DNA of 61,823 nt, filler included, from Platydemus manokwari (Eukaryota), in the NCBI GenBank assembly GCA_037951405.1. It is 5 parts of 5 records of this genome, joined end to end, with 100 filler letters (N's around TTAATTAATTAA, not from the genome) between each part and the next. Parts side by side here need not be neighbours in the genome. Positions count along the whole stretch, not along the records: positions 33,118 to 49,514 come from JBBMOY011180322.1; positions 49,615 to 61,823 come from JBBMOY010248894.1; 3 more parts are not named here. One strand, given 5' to 3'. Made by a program: the position numbers and the translations under genes. Under the pieces are notes generated by a model. The model did no database searches, had not been told where the DNA came from, and saw only the letters and a list, made by a program, of their open reading frames with translations. Positions 37,991-51,776 of the stretch are shown here, one piece after another. Numbering within the stretch: position 1 is the stretch's first letter; each line of letters opens with the position of its first letter.

Positions 37991-39599
37991 ATTTTGGGTT
38001 TTGTTAATCAAGCTGTGGTTCCTTTAACATAACAGATGAGTTCGATATCGCACATTTTTATATTATCACTTTAAATATGGAGGAAAATAAAGAAACATAT
38101 TGCTTATAAGATTTTAATATACAAGGTATATAAATTTGAATCTATATAATTATTGTAAAAGATGAAAATATCTGACTGGTCAAGGAATAACCGGTTTTCT
38201 AACTTTCTACTATTTATTAAACTTTTATATAAATCATAATACTCTAGTTTAATTTACCTTTTCAAATATTTCCTAAATATTTCTCGATTAATTACTTTAA
38301 TATTTTCTTTTAGTCAAGTTTCGATCTACGTCATGCATTTCTACTCTTTATATCGCCAATTCTTCCATAAACTCATCTGATCACAATTTAGCAAAATTGA
38401 ACTCTACCTCAAATATCTTCTCCAAAATACTATCAAAGAAGTCATTAATTTAAACGTCGACTCCGCACTCATGGATAGTAAATTTTATATTAAAATGAAA
38501 TAAAAGAAAATTATTTTTTGAAAGGATTTTTTTAATATATCAAGAATGCTTTATAAATAAAGTCAGAGTTAGTGTAAATCAGAATTTGTTGAGTAACTAC
38601 GTAATAAAGATTGTCACATACTGAGTCTTGGAAGCAATGTGGTGTAGAATGAGACTATTTATGAAAAGTACTATTCAAAATTTACTGTAAACGTGTGACA
38701 ACCCTGTGACGTTTCAATGAATATTTATCATTCTCTAAGCTTTATAAATAGATAAATGAAAAAGTTGTAATGACAAGAGAATTAAGTTGTAGTTCGTTTA
38801 TTTCCATTTTTCACGAATTAAAGTTTAACTTGAAATAATATAAGTTTTGTGATTAATCACAGCAAATGAAACAGTTACCAATGTAGAGAAAATAAATTTA
38901 TGTTAACAAATTACATTCAAAGCACAGAGTTATACAATGCGATTACAACGATTTTTCTTGGGAAAAGTGCTGTAACTACTTGAAGAGCTAGAAGAACAGA
39001 TCACTGTATTGCTATTAATATATTAAATCGGGTTTTACCCAATAAAATAATATTTTTTTTAATTATCGTTTTTCATAAAGCGCCATAAGCGACCCATATT
39101 AGACATCAATAATTTAACCAGCTATTAAAATTTCCTTTCTCATTTTGTAACATTTAATTCTAATGCCCCATTTCCTCTAGAATATCCATTAAAAATTTAG
39201 ATCAAATGTCTGGAAATATTACTAATATTCCTATTAAAAACTTTAACTTTTCCTATTACTGGAATATGATTCACTAACATCCAAATATTAGACATTGTTC
39301 ACTAATATGCCATCTAAAATGATTAGGAATAAATTATTCTGTGTTTTAAACGAAACATAACATTTTATTCATTTGTTTGATGAATTAACGGTACTTCCAT
39401 AAATAAAATAAACTAATCAAATCTGTGAAGATCATTATAAATAATTTTTCATTAAATACGGTGTGTGATAAACACGAGAATAAACTTTTGAAAAAGTAAG
39501 AACATCCCTTGTTTCTATCAATATTAATTTATTTAAAAATCGCACGTTTTTCGTTCAATATTAAAACAAATCTAATTATTTTTTATCTAACTTCCCTCT

Positions 39600-40050
39600 C
39601 TTGTTGTTTTTGAGATCCTTTTTAGTCACTCAATTCTTGGAGGTTTTGTCTGTCCATGGAAATCAAGAAGCACTTGGTGTGGGCTTAAAAATTTCAAATT
39701 TCTGTGAGGAACTCCGCTCAGCTTTATCTTGTGTGGTTCTTTCTTCACTAAAACGTCTTCTCCATCTGCAAAAATTCTACAACTTCTTTATATTCTTTAC
39801 CTGAAGTTCATAACTGCGATACTTTTCAATTTGTTTTTTACCTCATAGCTACTAAATCCTGAACTTTGTCGACACAATTTTGGTATGTCAAAAAGTTTCC
39901 TAAAACCATTTCCCTATATCTTTATTTACCACAGTTGTTGGGTGTAATCTCTCAACAGGGTGTCAAATGCAAGTGACAGTTCCATTTGATTGAATACTGC
40001 AAAATCCTTGGTTGTCTGGAACCAGTTTTTAGTATCTCGGATTGAAACAT
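39600..40050 (-). mobile_element. Highly decayed LTR-retrotransposon integrase remnant
   Basis: VERLHPT and NFADGEDVLVKKEPHKIKL resemble the integrase core end and GPY/F region. Confidence 0.35.
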
Positions 40051-41329
40051 CAAAGAACGACGGCTTCGAAATCAATAATTGTCTGCCTCTTTCTCCTTTA
40101 GCTCTCGTAAGAGTATTTATTTCTGTGTGGCGACCAGTAAAAACATCGTAAAAACAACTATTTCAATTTAGTGATGTTTGTCAACTAAAATTGTAAGCTG
40201 ATAACAAATTTAGTACTGACGCGTATACGGTTGTTACAAATGACAATAAATGTTCATATACACCACAGGTATGACAAGCACATAAATAGTGTATAAGAAA
40301 GTGAAATCAGTCAACTCTTGTAAAAAATTGTAATCCGAATAATAGGCACAAAAATTGGTTTCAAAAGTCTATACAAAATTTATTTGAATAAATTTTCTTA
40401 TTTCAGTATTCCTTGGCCGACTTACTCATTCGTTTGCAACGTTGATATTTATCATTACACAAACTAATAATTATCAAGATTTTTTATCTATATTGTAAAG
40501 AAAATTTATGAAAAAACGAGTAAATTTTTATCGATTGCTATTATAATTACCGTTTGACCTGTGGGTATTTCTAATTTTGTGATTTTTTAAAATCCTATAA
40601 GAACTCGCTTTTATATCTACAGATTTACAATGGGAACTGCAACTAGACGAGATAAAGTGAGCATAAATTGAAAAATTCGGTCTTGGATATGGACACTTTG
40701 GTCATTTATATCGAGAATATCCCCACAATTAGATAATACTGGAAAATGACAAAAGACGAAATAAATATAATCAAGACGAGACCAGTCAAACTATGCACGA
40801 ATGAGACTCAACACATTCGCTTTGAATTCGTACAACATGAGATTACACCAAGCCGTAGCGCAAATTACTGCAATATGGCTTTCTGGCACGGAAATGAATC
40901 CGAATAATTCTCACGACAGAAGACCAGTAAAAATTGGTGAAATTATATCTGTTTCACCCGATGCCAATAAATAGAACATCAGTTTTCAGTTGACTACGGT
41001 GTTCATGCTAAAAAGTTCCCTGGTCACAATAGAATTACCAAAAGCGGGACGAAAAAGCATGTCATAATTCCTGACAGAATTACAAGATGAACTACAAAAG
41101 ACCGAAATCAATGATAAGGAGAATTAAGCAGTTCTAAGTATGGGTGTCTCAATTATCCAGATTCATTTAGAACTTAAAATTCTCCACTCCATATTGATAA
41201 TTTTCGCTTGGAAAGTATATATAAGACCTGCAATAAAACCTCAAAATGATTGACTTGCTTTATTCATTATCATCAATATTTATATAGCAATACATTTTAA
41301 AATATAAAGCTTTATTTTTGAGATATTTT

Positions 41330-41830
41330 TTATCATTTTGTGAAAGATGATTTATTTACATAATTCAGTTGATATCTCACATTTTATGATGACGAATTGA
41401 AATAGAATTACATAGAATTATTAAACCAAGTCCCTATTTATTTTCTAATCACAACACTTTTATACGAATATTAGAATTTAAATTTTTTAATTATAAATCG
41501 AGTTAGTAAGCCATTAACGTGTTTTATAATCTAATATTACTTAGTTTATAAAATAATCGTAAAAATTTGGAGAATCTCACAATTTCCTTCAAACGATAAT
41601 TTTCAATAAATTGCAATTTGACCGATTTTAACTCGTTTTTCAAATAATCCAATTTTAGGAAAATTTAAAGGTCTAATGTATTTAATATTTGATTTCAAAC
41701 AATTAATATTCGTCTGAAGTACTTAAATAAAAAATTCAAAAGGTTTTCAAATATTATAATTAAATCAACTACATATATTTTTGCAATACCTTCAACAAAT
41801 TAAAATTTTTGACCTTTCTTAACTTTAGCT
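41330..41830 (-). mobile_element. Merlin-like MITE family partial copy
   Basis: Ends GACCTTTCTTAACTTTAGCT and shows reverse-complement homology to 27736-28050. Confidence 0.6.
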
Positions 41831-42533
41831 CCAAATTTTATTTATACATTGTAAATTGAATTTTAAAGCAAATTTTAGCAGATGTTTATTAAAACTGTTA
41901 TTACTTTCGATTGAAACGAGGTGATGACATAGATAACTTGCAGTTATAGCTATATTATGAATGGCCAGTGCTTGTCTAAAAGTTGCATTTCAAATTTTAT
42001 TTAATATGAACAAATTTATAAAGGTTTATTAATTTGGATCTTTTTTCAAATTTCTCCACTAATAATCCATGTATTATAAGTAAACAAGCACACCATTACA
42101 TGCAACTGTATTTGCCAGATATTTAATATATTAGAGACTATTGAAGATTTAACAATTCCGACGCAATTTCATTTGTTACAGTATTTACTTTTCACCAGTA
42201 TCGGACATAATGTCAAACCCACAACCATCTCGCTGTCATTCAATATGTACCACTTTGCTTTGTGCATTTCAGCAATTGAAATTTAGTCACATTGTCATAT
42301 TCCTGGTATTTCAGAAAAAAATCGATAACATTCACATCCTTCATTATTTGTTTAATATACATTACAAACTTCACCTGGTATAAAATTTTATGAAAGAGAC
42401 AAAATATAGATTTGAACAATAAATTAAAAATACCATTCCAATATATTTAAACAAAAATTCAGTGGAATGAAATAATAAAATGATTTCTTAGCTAAAATAC
42501 AAAAATCGTGTAACAAATCTATTCTAAAACTTT

Positions 42534-45500
42534 TTACGACACATCTTTTGACAACGTTTTCTCCTTCAATACGTTTGAGATCCACTGACCGACCTTGATA
42601 AAATGATGTCACACAAGCATAAAATATCAAAACTTGTGTTACATTTTTCACTTTATCGCGATCGATTGCATCATTTAGTACTCCTTTGAGGGCAAGAAAA
42701 TCAATCACTTTCTCAGTAGACACGTTTCCGCTGGCTAAAGGTCCAGCAAATGGACATCCTCCAAGACCAGCAATAGAAGAGTCAAATACATTGACACCAA
42801 TTTCTAAGGCACGATTTATATTTGATAACGCCTTGCCATTGGTGTCATGGCAATGAAGTGCTATTTTATCCTTATCACATACCTTTAATACTTCGAGAAG
42901 CAGAAATCCAATTCTGAACAGATTTCGTATTAAGATATTATTAATTTCGTATTCAAATATAATTATATTATATATTATAATACAATAATTTTATCAATTT
43001 AATAATAATAATAATATAACTAGAATAACTTGTATAATTTCTACTTTCAGCTTTATTATTTCATCATTATAGCTATTATTATTATTATTTGTATAATTAT
43101 TTTAATAATAATTTCACTAGCAAAGCAATTAAGCATTTATTATTGAAAGCTTTATAGGAACCTGCTTGTTGAATTCATGACAATTATAAAATAAACTGGT
43201 GGTCGATAACTTTAAGTTGTCGGTGATAAACAGTTCTCGAATTCAACATCTCATAATTATCTAATTGACGGGTTCGAAGTAACGACCATTTACATAGCAT
43301 GACAGTGTGCACAGTTGCGATGACGAAATCTCGATTTTATATCAGAATATTCACCGCGATCATTATTATTATTATCATTTCGATTATCGCCCAAATGGAA
43401 ATCTAAATCAATAACGACATTATCTCTCATATCAAAGATCCGTCAGTCCGTATAACGTGATGTAGCTTCTTATTGTAGTTCATTTCAATGGTCCAATCAA
43501 ACATGGATAATTGAAAATGACCATAAAATTAGGAAGTTTCAGGATAATGCTTGGTATACGCCAGTAGTGTGAGTATTTATAAATTTATATTTAATAAATT
43601 ATCCAAGTGGCGGATAGGAGGAGTAATACTGTAATATCAAAAGATATTAATTTGTTTAAATAATTATTCTTAAATAGATAATTTGGTGTCGTGAGTTTTC
43701 ATTTTGTTTTCAATGGGCGTTTTATAAAATAGTAGGGACTTACAAATGGTATTATCAACATGTCTCTAATTATTATCTACAAAGCATGGTTATTAAATAA
43801 TTATATTCTATTGGCTTTATTATTTTCATAATCAATAATATATTATGTGAATTATATGAACACTCATAGGGAATATCAAAATATTATAAAAAAAAATATT
43901 ATTTACGTCTCTGGATCTCCAACACCAATAGTATCACCGAGAGACACTTCAAAACATCCCATATCGAGCATTCGTTTGGCTAATTGGGCAACAAAGACGG
44001 GATCCGTTTTACCGGCATACGGGCAAGCAATAACACAGCTGATATAACCACGAACAATAATGTTGTTTACTTTGGCCATTTCAACAACCTTGATGTGACA
44101 CGTCCATATATTTTACTATTTTTCATTTTACATTTAAAAAACCTCTTTAAAACGATCGAAACTCTCCTCAATTGAGCAATTGATATTTTTCTGAGTGAAT
44201 AATTCGGATGCAGCACCAAAAATGGCAATTTCTCTAACATTACATTCGATAGCCGATTTCAGACCTTTAATATTTGGTACAAGGGCTGAATATCGCACTT
44301 TCTCATTGTAATTAATGTTGGAGAACACTTCTTTGGCGTCACTTAATTGAGGAATCCTTCGAGGATCTACAAAACTACTGCATTCGATTCTGGTAATACC
44401 AGTCTTAGACAATCTAAATAAAACTATAATCGTAACGGCTGATTTGTCAATTGTCCGACTGTGATCTCATCTTTTAATAGAATAACCTATGACGGAGATA
44501 GAGTTATATCAGTTTCGTTTTCCACGAATAAATCCTAATTATATTTGAAGTTCGAGGATTTTATTTTTTTACCAAAATGAGAAATAAGTCGTGATTATCC
44601 ATTCATATATTATTAACATAATTACGTTGCTTTGATCATAATAAATCAATAAAATTCATCAATTATAAATTACATTTGTTTTAATATTTAAAAGTAACTC
44701 TATTTATGCACTACTCATCAAAATTGTAATACAATAAAACTTGTACAAGATCAAATATAAAACACTGAATTTCTATAAACATTTTCTACACACTAATAAA
44801 GAATACATGATCACCACTCGAGTGTAGAGTGAATAAAAAATATTCAAAACAACAGAGACAGATTTTATTTTATTACAAATATTAAGTACATAAAGTGTAG
44901 TGAAAAATGTTTTTGTAAAAATAGCCGCAATTATGGATAAAAATATTAAATATGAGAGAAAAAATTTTTATGGTAAAATATTAAAAATCATTTAATAATA
45001 ACCATGGGCTTTGAAAATGTACTTGTTTTCATTTTATTTATTGATGCACTTCTAGGATCACAATTGTTGGATAATTGATTTTGAAAACCCCTCAAATTTT
45101 AATCGATACTTATAAACACGGATAACAATCAACTAATAATATTATAATTATTTATAATTGTGATAATATATCATGCTGCCCAATGTTAACTCATTAACAA
45201 CATCCAAAAATATAATGACATTCAATGAGCTATCAACGAAAGATTTATGTTTAAGATAAAATAATACTGTTTGATTATATAGATGCCTGTGATTCATTTA
45301 TTACTATTTCTGATGTCTTATTATACACATTTAAATACCAAGATAGCCAAAAGAATTAAATACACAATATTTAATGATGCCATACATTTAAACTTGATTA
45401 GAAATAGTTAATCCAAAAATCATCAACGCTAATCACTTGTCAGTCAATAATTTCAATCATTTGCATGACATACAAAATAATATAAACATATGATAATAGT

Positions 45501-47429
45501 TTGATTTGATATAAATCTATTGTAGAATGGTTTTAAAATGTATTAATTTGATAGTAAACGTCATTGAATTTCAAATACTATTGAATGAATGGCGTTGAGT
45601 GATTGATAACCTGGATTGACAGAAGCTTTAACTACATCACCATAAGAGTGTGAGAAGAATAAGATAAACATTTATATATTAACCACATATGTACCAACGT
45701 GATTTGAAACACCAATCTTTACAATGACACAATAAGAATTTACTTAATAAATTAATTATAATTACATATTATTATTATTTATTTTAAGATTTTAATTATT
45801 ATTAAGATTCAATCTAAATAATTATTTTAATATTATTAAAATATATTCTCAATACCACCGCATAAATGTCGAGATTGCTTATCAACATAAAAATCCCAAT
45901 AGAAAATTATATAACAGAAAATTTAATAATAATTTAATAATAATAAATAATAATTTATTTAATACATAATAAGGTAACCAGTTATACTGTTGCAATCATT
46001 CTAATATAATTTCTGTTATTCAGAATTTAGTAAAACAAAAGATTAATAAAAACCTTTGCAAAATATTGTTAAATTTTTTGATAAAATACAATCTTATTTA
46101 CTGGAACCTCCACTTAGGCAAGGATGTGAGAGAAATATAATGTTTAGGATATTTCATTGAGAATGAAGGCCACAAAAAAACCTAATGCAAATCTTTCTAA
46201 AGTTGAAATGAAGAAAAACATTCACAAAACCATTCTTATCTCTCAAGTAAATTTCAATTTCAAAGTCGAATCAGAACTCAAAAAACAATCAAAAATTCTT
46301 TGAAAATAAAATGACTTTCTTAAAAATAAATAAAAAATAATAAATCGAAATAAATGAACACCAAACTTCTAAATAAGAAAATATTAAATAAAGGTCTCGC
46401 AATAAAAAGCATAAGTTGAACTCGGTCATTGAAAAGACAAAATTTCAAGAAAAATATTTTCAAAGCATCTATTGTTAATTAGAACAATTTCAACATATTT
46501 TCCAACAATATTTTTCTATTCCTGGTCCTTATACAGCAGTTTCGATCATATTTTCAACATTGTCTGTTATTTGATCAACTGTGTATCATGACATGAACGC
46601 AGCAAAATAACAAGAAATTGAGATGTAAGATGAACATAAGTCCCAAAAAAAATCCCGGTTTTTTCAATCATTGACTTAACCATACAATTGGAAAAATAAA
46701 AATACAAAACAGGCCTCAAAAATATATAAAAAATAAATCAACACTGGGAAATTTATGAATAAATAAAAGAATATTGTAAAATTATCAAATTTGTAGCCAA
46801 TATTAATTACATGTTATAATCTATACATGATATAAATAAAAGAAAATAAAAATTTAATAAAAATATAAAGTAAATACCTTACAACAAAAGTTAGAAACAA
46901 TAATATAAATTCAATTTAGTATTTTATGTTATTGTTAATAAATAATTTCAATAATAATTGCTAATAATTTCTATTTCCCAAAAACTAAATAGGGAATCAA
47001 TGCTAAATAACCTAAATATCAAGTTACTTCTAAATATTGAGATTCTTGAATTAATTCTAATTAAATCTTCATAACATTCATCTAAAATGTCTGATGAACT
47101 TCGAAATGTAATTAATTAATAAGTTATTATATATTGTTATTTATTGTAATATAAAAATAAGATACATTTTAATAAGATTCAAAAATGTAAATTATAATTC
47201 TACATGGATAAAATATAATCTCAATTTTAAAAATCAAAATAACTAACAATAATTAATTTGAATTTTACCTATCTATCAATTCAACTTTGATTGGCCAAGG
47301 TAAAATAACTTTCTCATATTGAAGCCCGTCTCTAGCCCCTACTTCCACAACAGTGGCCGTTGATTTAAAAATTTTTAAAGTATTAAAAATAAAAATAGGA
47401 CAAGTCCGAAATAATGAACTAAAGGTATT
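42534..47429 (-). CDS. HMGCL: 3-hydroxy-3-methylglutaryl-CoA lyase (exons 47269-47429, 44143-44413, 43907-44088, 42643-42913, 42534-42593; start exon not located)
   Basis: The spliced frame gives VVEVGARDGLQYE, IECSSFVDPRRIPQLSD, YSALVPNIKGL, AIFGAASELFTQKNINCSIEES, VRGYISCVIACPY, EVSLGDTIGVG, ALHCHDT, FDSSIAGLGGCPFA, SGNVSTE and VGQWISNVL..KDVS*. All junctions are GT-AG and phase-consistent, and the catalytic R/D, HxH and C are intact. Confidence 0.96.
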
Positions 47430-48342
47430 CTAAAATTAAATGAATTTATAAAAAATAGTTTCTTTGATTGAGGTATTTATATCTAATTTCAAATTACATT
47501 AAATATTTAAACAAAGTAAATATCAATAGGCACTGTTATGCATTCGATATTTTTAAAATTCTAATGTTTCTATTAGAAATAAATAAATGTTTAATTCACT
47601 AAATGTTTTCCATTTATTTTAAAGGTATATTTAACTAGCATTAAAAATTATATAATGTTGCTTTCCAAGCAGTACATATCAGATTACATAATCATATATT
47701 TACAAATTTTTACACATATTGTTCCATGTGTTTACTAACGCTGAATGTAAAAATATACACGATGAATCAAATTGTCAAATAATCATGACCCAAAATCGCA
47801 CTCACAATAGTAAAGCCAATTATCAACTTACAACGGGATCAACACCCGAAAGATAGAATATAAAGAAAAACAACTACTGTGAAATATTGGTCATTTAAAT
47901 GATCATTGTAAAAAGAACGTCAAACAAAAATTACCAATAAAGAAAATAACTCGCAGACCTGGCCCTTATAATATACCTGCTGTGTCTGTTAACCGGTCAG
48001 CCTAACCGTTTCTATTCGATGAAACAATCTACCTATGAGTTCATGTTTTAACTTTCATGTCATTAGCTTATCTTAGTGTTTTTCCTTTGTTGTTGATGTA
48101 AGTCCTATGATTATCGAATTCTATTCATAAATCGATACTTTGAATGCATCTGATTCGTACGTGTAATCATCTAGTCTGTACGTATCGAATGTTTTGAGTG
48201 TTTTCTTAAGTCTCTTGCTTTTGTTTTTTTGCACACTCAACAATATCAACTCAATCTACATAATTTTCAAATTATCTATTTTCAAAAAGATTTCTTGGTG
48301 TGAGGAAAATTTAAAGGGACAGATTTAACAATAATTTAATAA

Positions 48343-49514
48343 CAATCAACTCTCATTAACCCAAACTTTAATAATCCGGAAACTTTATAATCCGAAAAAA
48401 ATTATTTGTTTCGTCAATTTTCGAATCTTTCCAGACAAATTTAATTCATTAATTCAAAACTTTATGATCAGGGAGCTCTTTTTTGAATTAACTTTTTAAT
48501 AATTTTTAAAAGTTTTGGATTAATGTTGTTTAAATATTAAGCTTGTTTACAATTTTAATTTATTTAAATTAAATATTCATATGGCTAGAAAAAGAACAGA
48601 AATTACAATTCATCAAAAGGAAAAAATTTGTGCAATTAAGGAGTCAAAGAAAATGTCGCTGAGTGAATTGTCTGAAGTTATCAGAAGAGAATTAAACCTG
48701 GACGAGAACGATTTCATCAAGTGAAAGAAATGGCATAAGGCAATCTAAAATTAAAATTATCATAGCTTTATGTTCAAATACTAGTGGATCAAATAAAATT
48801 ACACCGTTTGCTATTGGACAAGAAACTAAGATGTTTTAAAAGATTTCATGTTGTAAGATACTGCAATTACCATGATACTGTAATTCGAAAGGATTGATGG
48901 CCACCGATTAGTTTAATTGTTTCCTGCTCCATCTCGATGATGGACTGAGAAAATACAAAAAGAAATTTTATCTACTTCGTGATAATGCTCCAAGTCATAA
49001 CTTGAAGAAATATTTTCAGAACATTGTAGTTACAATGCTTCCGAAGAACTCAACTGCTCATCGTCAACCCATGGATGCAGGTATAATAAAAAATTAAAGC
49101 ATTATTACAGAAAAAGTTAGTAGTTGATTACACTAACTCGCTTGACCAAACAAAACCATTTGTTGTTAATCTTAAGAAAGCCACATTGATACTCCATGAA
49201 GCTTGGGAAGATATGAAAGAAAAAACCATCAAAAATTGTTTCAAAAAGGTTGCAATTATTCCAGTACTTCATGGATTTTATGCTGAAAAAACTTGTCATC
49301 AGATCCCGATCTTGAGAGACACAGGAATGAGCTTGACCAAACAATTGTTAAAAAGGATATGTTCCAAACAGAAGAAGTCATTGATGATGTTGAAATCATT
49401 GAACTGTCAAGAAGAATACACTGTTGAAGATGTTGTACTTAGTTCTGAAAATGGTCAGGTCGATGATAGTTACAACATAAATCCAAACAATTTATTCCAT
49501 GCAATTGAAATTGT
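48343..49514 (+). mobile_element. Tigger/pogo transposon, degraded, cut by gap
   Basis: MARKRTEITIHQKEKIC; LCSNTSGSNKITPFAIG; LLRDNAPSH...MLPKNSTAHRQPMDAGII; ILHEAWEDMKEKTIKNCFKK. Confidence 0.88.
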
Positions 49515-49614
49515 NNNNNNNNNNNNNNNNNNNNNNNNNNNNNNNNNNNNNNNNNNNNTTAATTAATTAANNNNNNNNNNNNNNNNNNNNNNNNNNNNNN
49601 NNNNNNNNNNNNNN
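49515..49614. other. Artificial contig spacer N44-TTAATTAATTAA-N44
   Basis: Identical 100-bp linker. Confidence 0.98.
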
Positions 49615-49912
49615 ATTATTGTACCCAATTATATATATGAATGAAGAATTGACAAAAATATTAATCAAAGAAGTTCACCTATCAAAAAATCGAGGAGCTG
49701 AACAACAATGGTAATTAGAATTCTCTCGCATAATACCAACATAATATCATATAATAACTCACCAAGTAATTAAACGGACTGATCATAACTGAGCTAAACA
49801 TTTAGACATTACAAAGGAGAGTCAATATTTAAATTTACATGCTTAAAATAATAACGAAATAGATTTATTTATATGATCATTTAAACAATGATTAATGTTT
49901 CCCTTTACATAG

Positions 49913-50466
49913 TGTTGGGTATATCACAATTCAATCAATAAGGTCACAAGAACCAAGGAAAGAACCCCAAGAAGCGTCAATACGCACAGACCCGATAAAC
50001 ACCCGTGCCATCGACCAATCAGATTCATTCTAGTGTTAATCCATATTTAGAAGCTAAAATTCTACAAGCACATATCTACAAATGACAGCAAGCTCAAATA
50101 TCCGCCAGTGGCACGAGAGATACGAAGATAATCTCAAATAAATCGATCCACAAATAAATTCAGCGAATGGAAAACGAATATCCATGACATCAAGCAGACA
50201 CACTCGATAGATCTATAAAAGAGGTCGAATTTCTTGAATATCTGCCAGTCTTTTTTGTCGGTAACTTGAGTGCTTAGCTTATGTGTGATTTTAGTAATGT
50301 CTTTTTGATTATTTTTCATTCTGTTTTAACTTTTGAGCGCTGATACCGTCTTGAGTGATTTAGTTTGAGAACTGTGTAAAGATCTGCTGTTGTTGTTGAG
50401 ACTTTGAGTGTAATATTTTAGTTAACACAAAATTTCAAATCTAAATTGTTGATTGATAATCCAAAA
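49913..50466 (+). mobile_element. Solo LTR (copy 2)
   Basis: TGTTGGGTATATCA...TGATAATCCAAAA with perfect 4-bp TSD ATAG. Collinear with 24612-25143. Confidence 0.86.
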
Positions 50467-51049
50467 ATAGTTTTAATTTTACTGTTTAAAAAGATACATT
50501 GTTTTTATGAATTATGCGCCATTTTAATTACAAAAAATAAGAAATTTTAAATGTGAAATTTATGTTTTTTTGCTTATTCGCCTCGATCACCTCTAATGCT
50601 CATACAATGACAAGTTAAGCGGGATTTGACAATATGTTAATTATTGCTCGATATTTTAATCCTATAAACATACCTGATAAGCTCACTCCTATTGTAGTGG
50701 TACACATGTTATATGCTAACTAGATAATTATTTTATTTGGTTTTCTAGCTTTACAACGTGCTCTAATCTTATCAAAGTGATGACTTTATCATCGAGAAAT
50801 TATTCTTTATTTGACTCTTCAACTGAGTCGACAACATACTAATTTTATACAGAACGTTTATTATTATACAACGAAATATAATAATTAAAATTTTGTTGAT
50901 AGATTACGATGTACAGTCAAACATAAGATGACTTTGTCCAACAATTTAAGAAGAATACGGTTCATAAACTACTGAGTGGAGTAAAATCAATTACCTCGAG
51001 GAATTTGAGCACTTCTGGGTAAATAATAAGAACACAACTTATTGTAGAT

Positions 51050-51173
51050 CAGTGGTTTTCAGCCAGAGTTCCACCAGTACACTCCAGTGGTTCCACAATT
51101 TCTAAATTTCTAATTTAGAACAAATGAACAACATGTTAAATTCAATTTCGAAAATCTATTTTACTATTATTAC

Positions 51174-51222
<49 letters not shown>

Positions 51223-51776
51223 TTATTTATTATTCAAATATACTAAATTTAACATAATTAAACTCGCTACATTTGAAAGATCACTTTGTCCTGCCACTAT
51301 TAAGTCTGCTTTTATATATTTTGGTTGCTGGTTGAAAAGAAATATCCTGCAATTGCCCAGAAAGCACTACGACTTCTTGTGCAATTTTCAACCTCATATT
51401 TGTGTAAATTTGAATTTTTAGCTCTGACAACCATTAAACACAAGAAACGAGCACAATTGATGTCTGTGGAAGATGAAGTTTGTCTGTATTTGTCAAAGAC
51501 GCGACCGAGCCGTTAAGAGTTGTGCAAGAAACACTAGGTTCAAATTTCCCACTGAGCTTTTGTTAAGAATCAATTTAGTCTATTCAAACATATACAATTT
51601 TGTTTACATTTCCTCAATAAACATGTACAATACTCTGAACAAAAATATTTTTATTTCATTTTAAAAAATAAATGCTGTTTTCCGCATAAAACAATTAAAT
51701 TAATGCACAGTGGTTCCTCGAGCTAGAGGAATGTTTCCGTGGGGTTCCTCTCTAGCAAAAAGGTTGAAAATCACTG
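51050..51776 (+). mobile_element. hAT (Buster/Charlie) deletion derivative carrying the C-terminal dimerisation domain
   Basis: TIRs CAGTGGTTTTCA / TGAAAATCACTG with flanks TTGTAGAT/GTAAAGAT. Encodes FWLLVEKKYPAIAQKALRLLVQFSTSYLC...IKHKKRAQL.VEDE. Confidence 0.85.
51164..51222. repeat. (TAT)n microsatellite inside the hAT element
   Basis: Direct reading of a TAT/ATT run. Confidence 0.9.

Noticed and set aside
40620-41150. GC-richer coding-like stretch, possibly a retroelement remnant
   Set aside because: Too decayed to assign; no diagnostic motif.
47091-47107. CTGATGA-ACTTC-GAAA hammerhead-like core
   Set aside because: No stem II pairing and no matching stem I/III; this is expected by chance.
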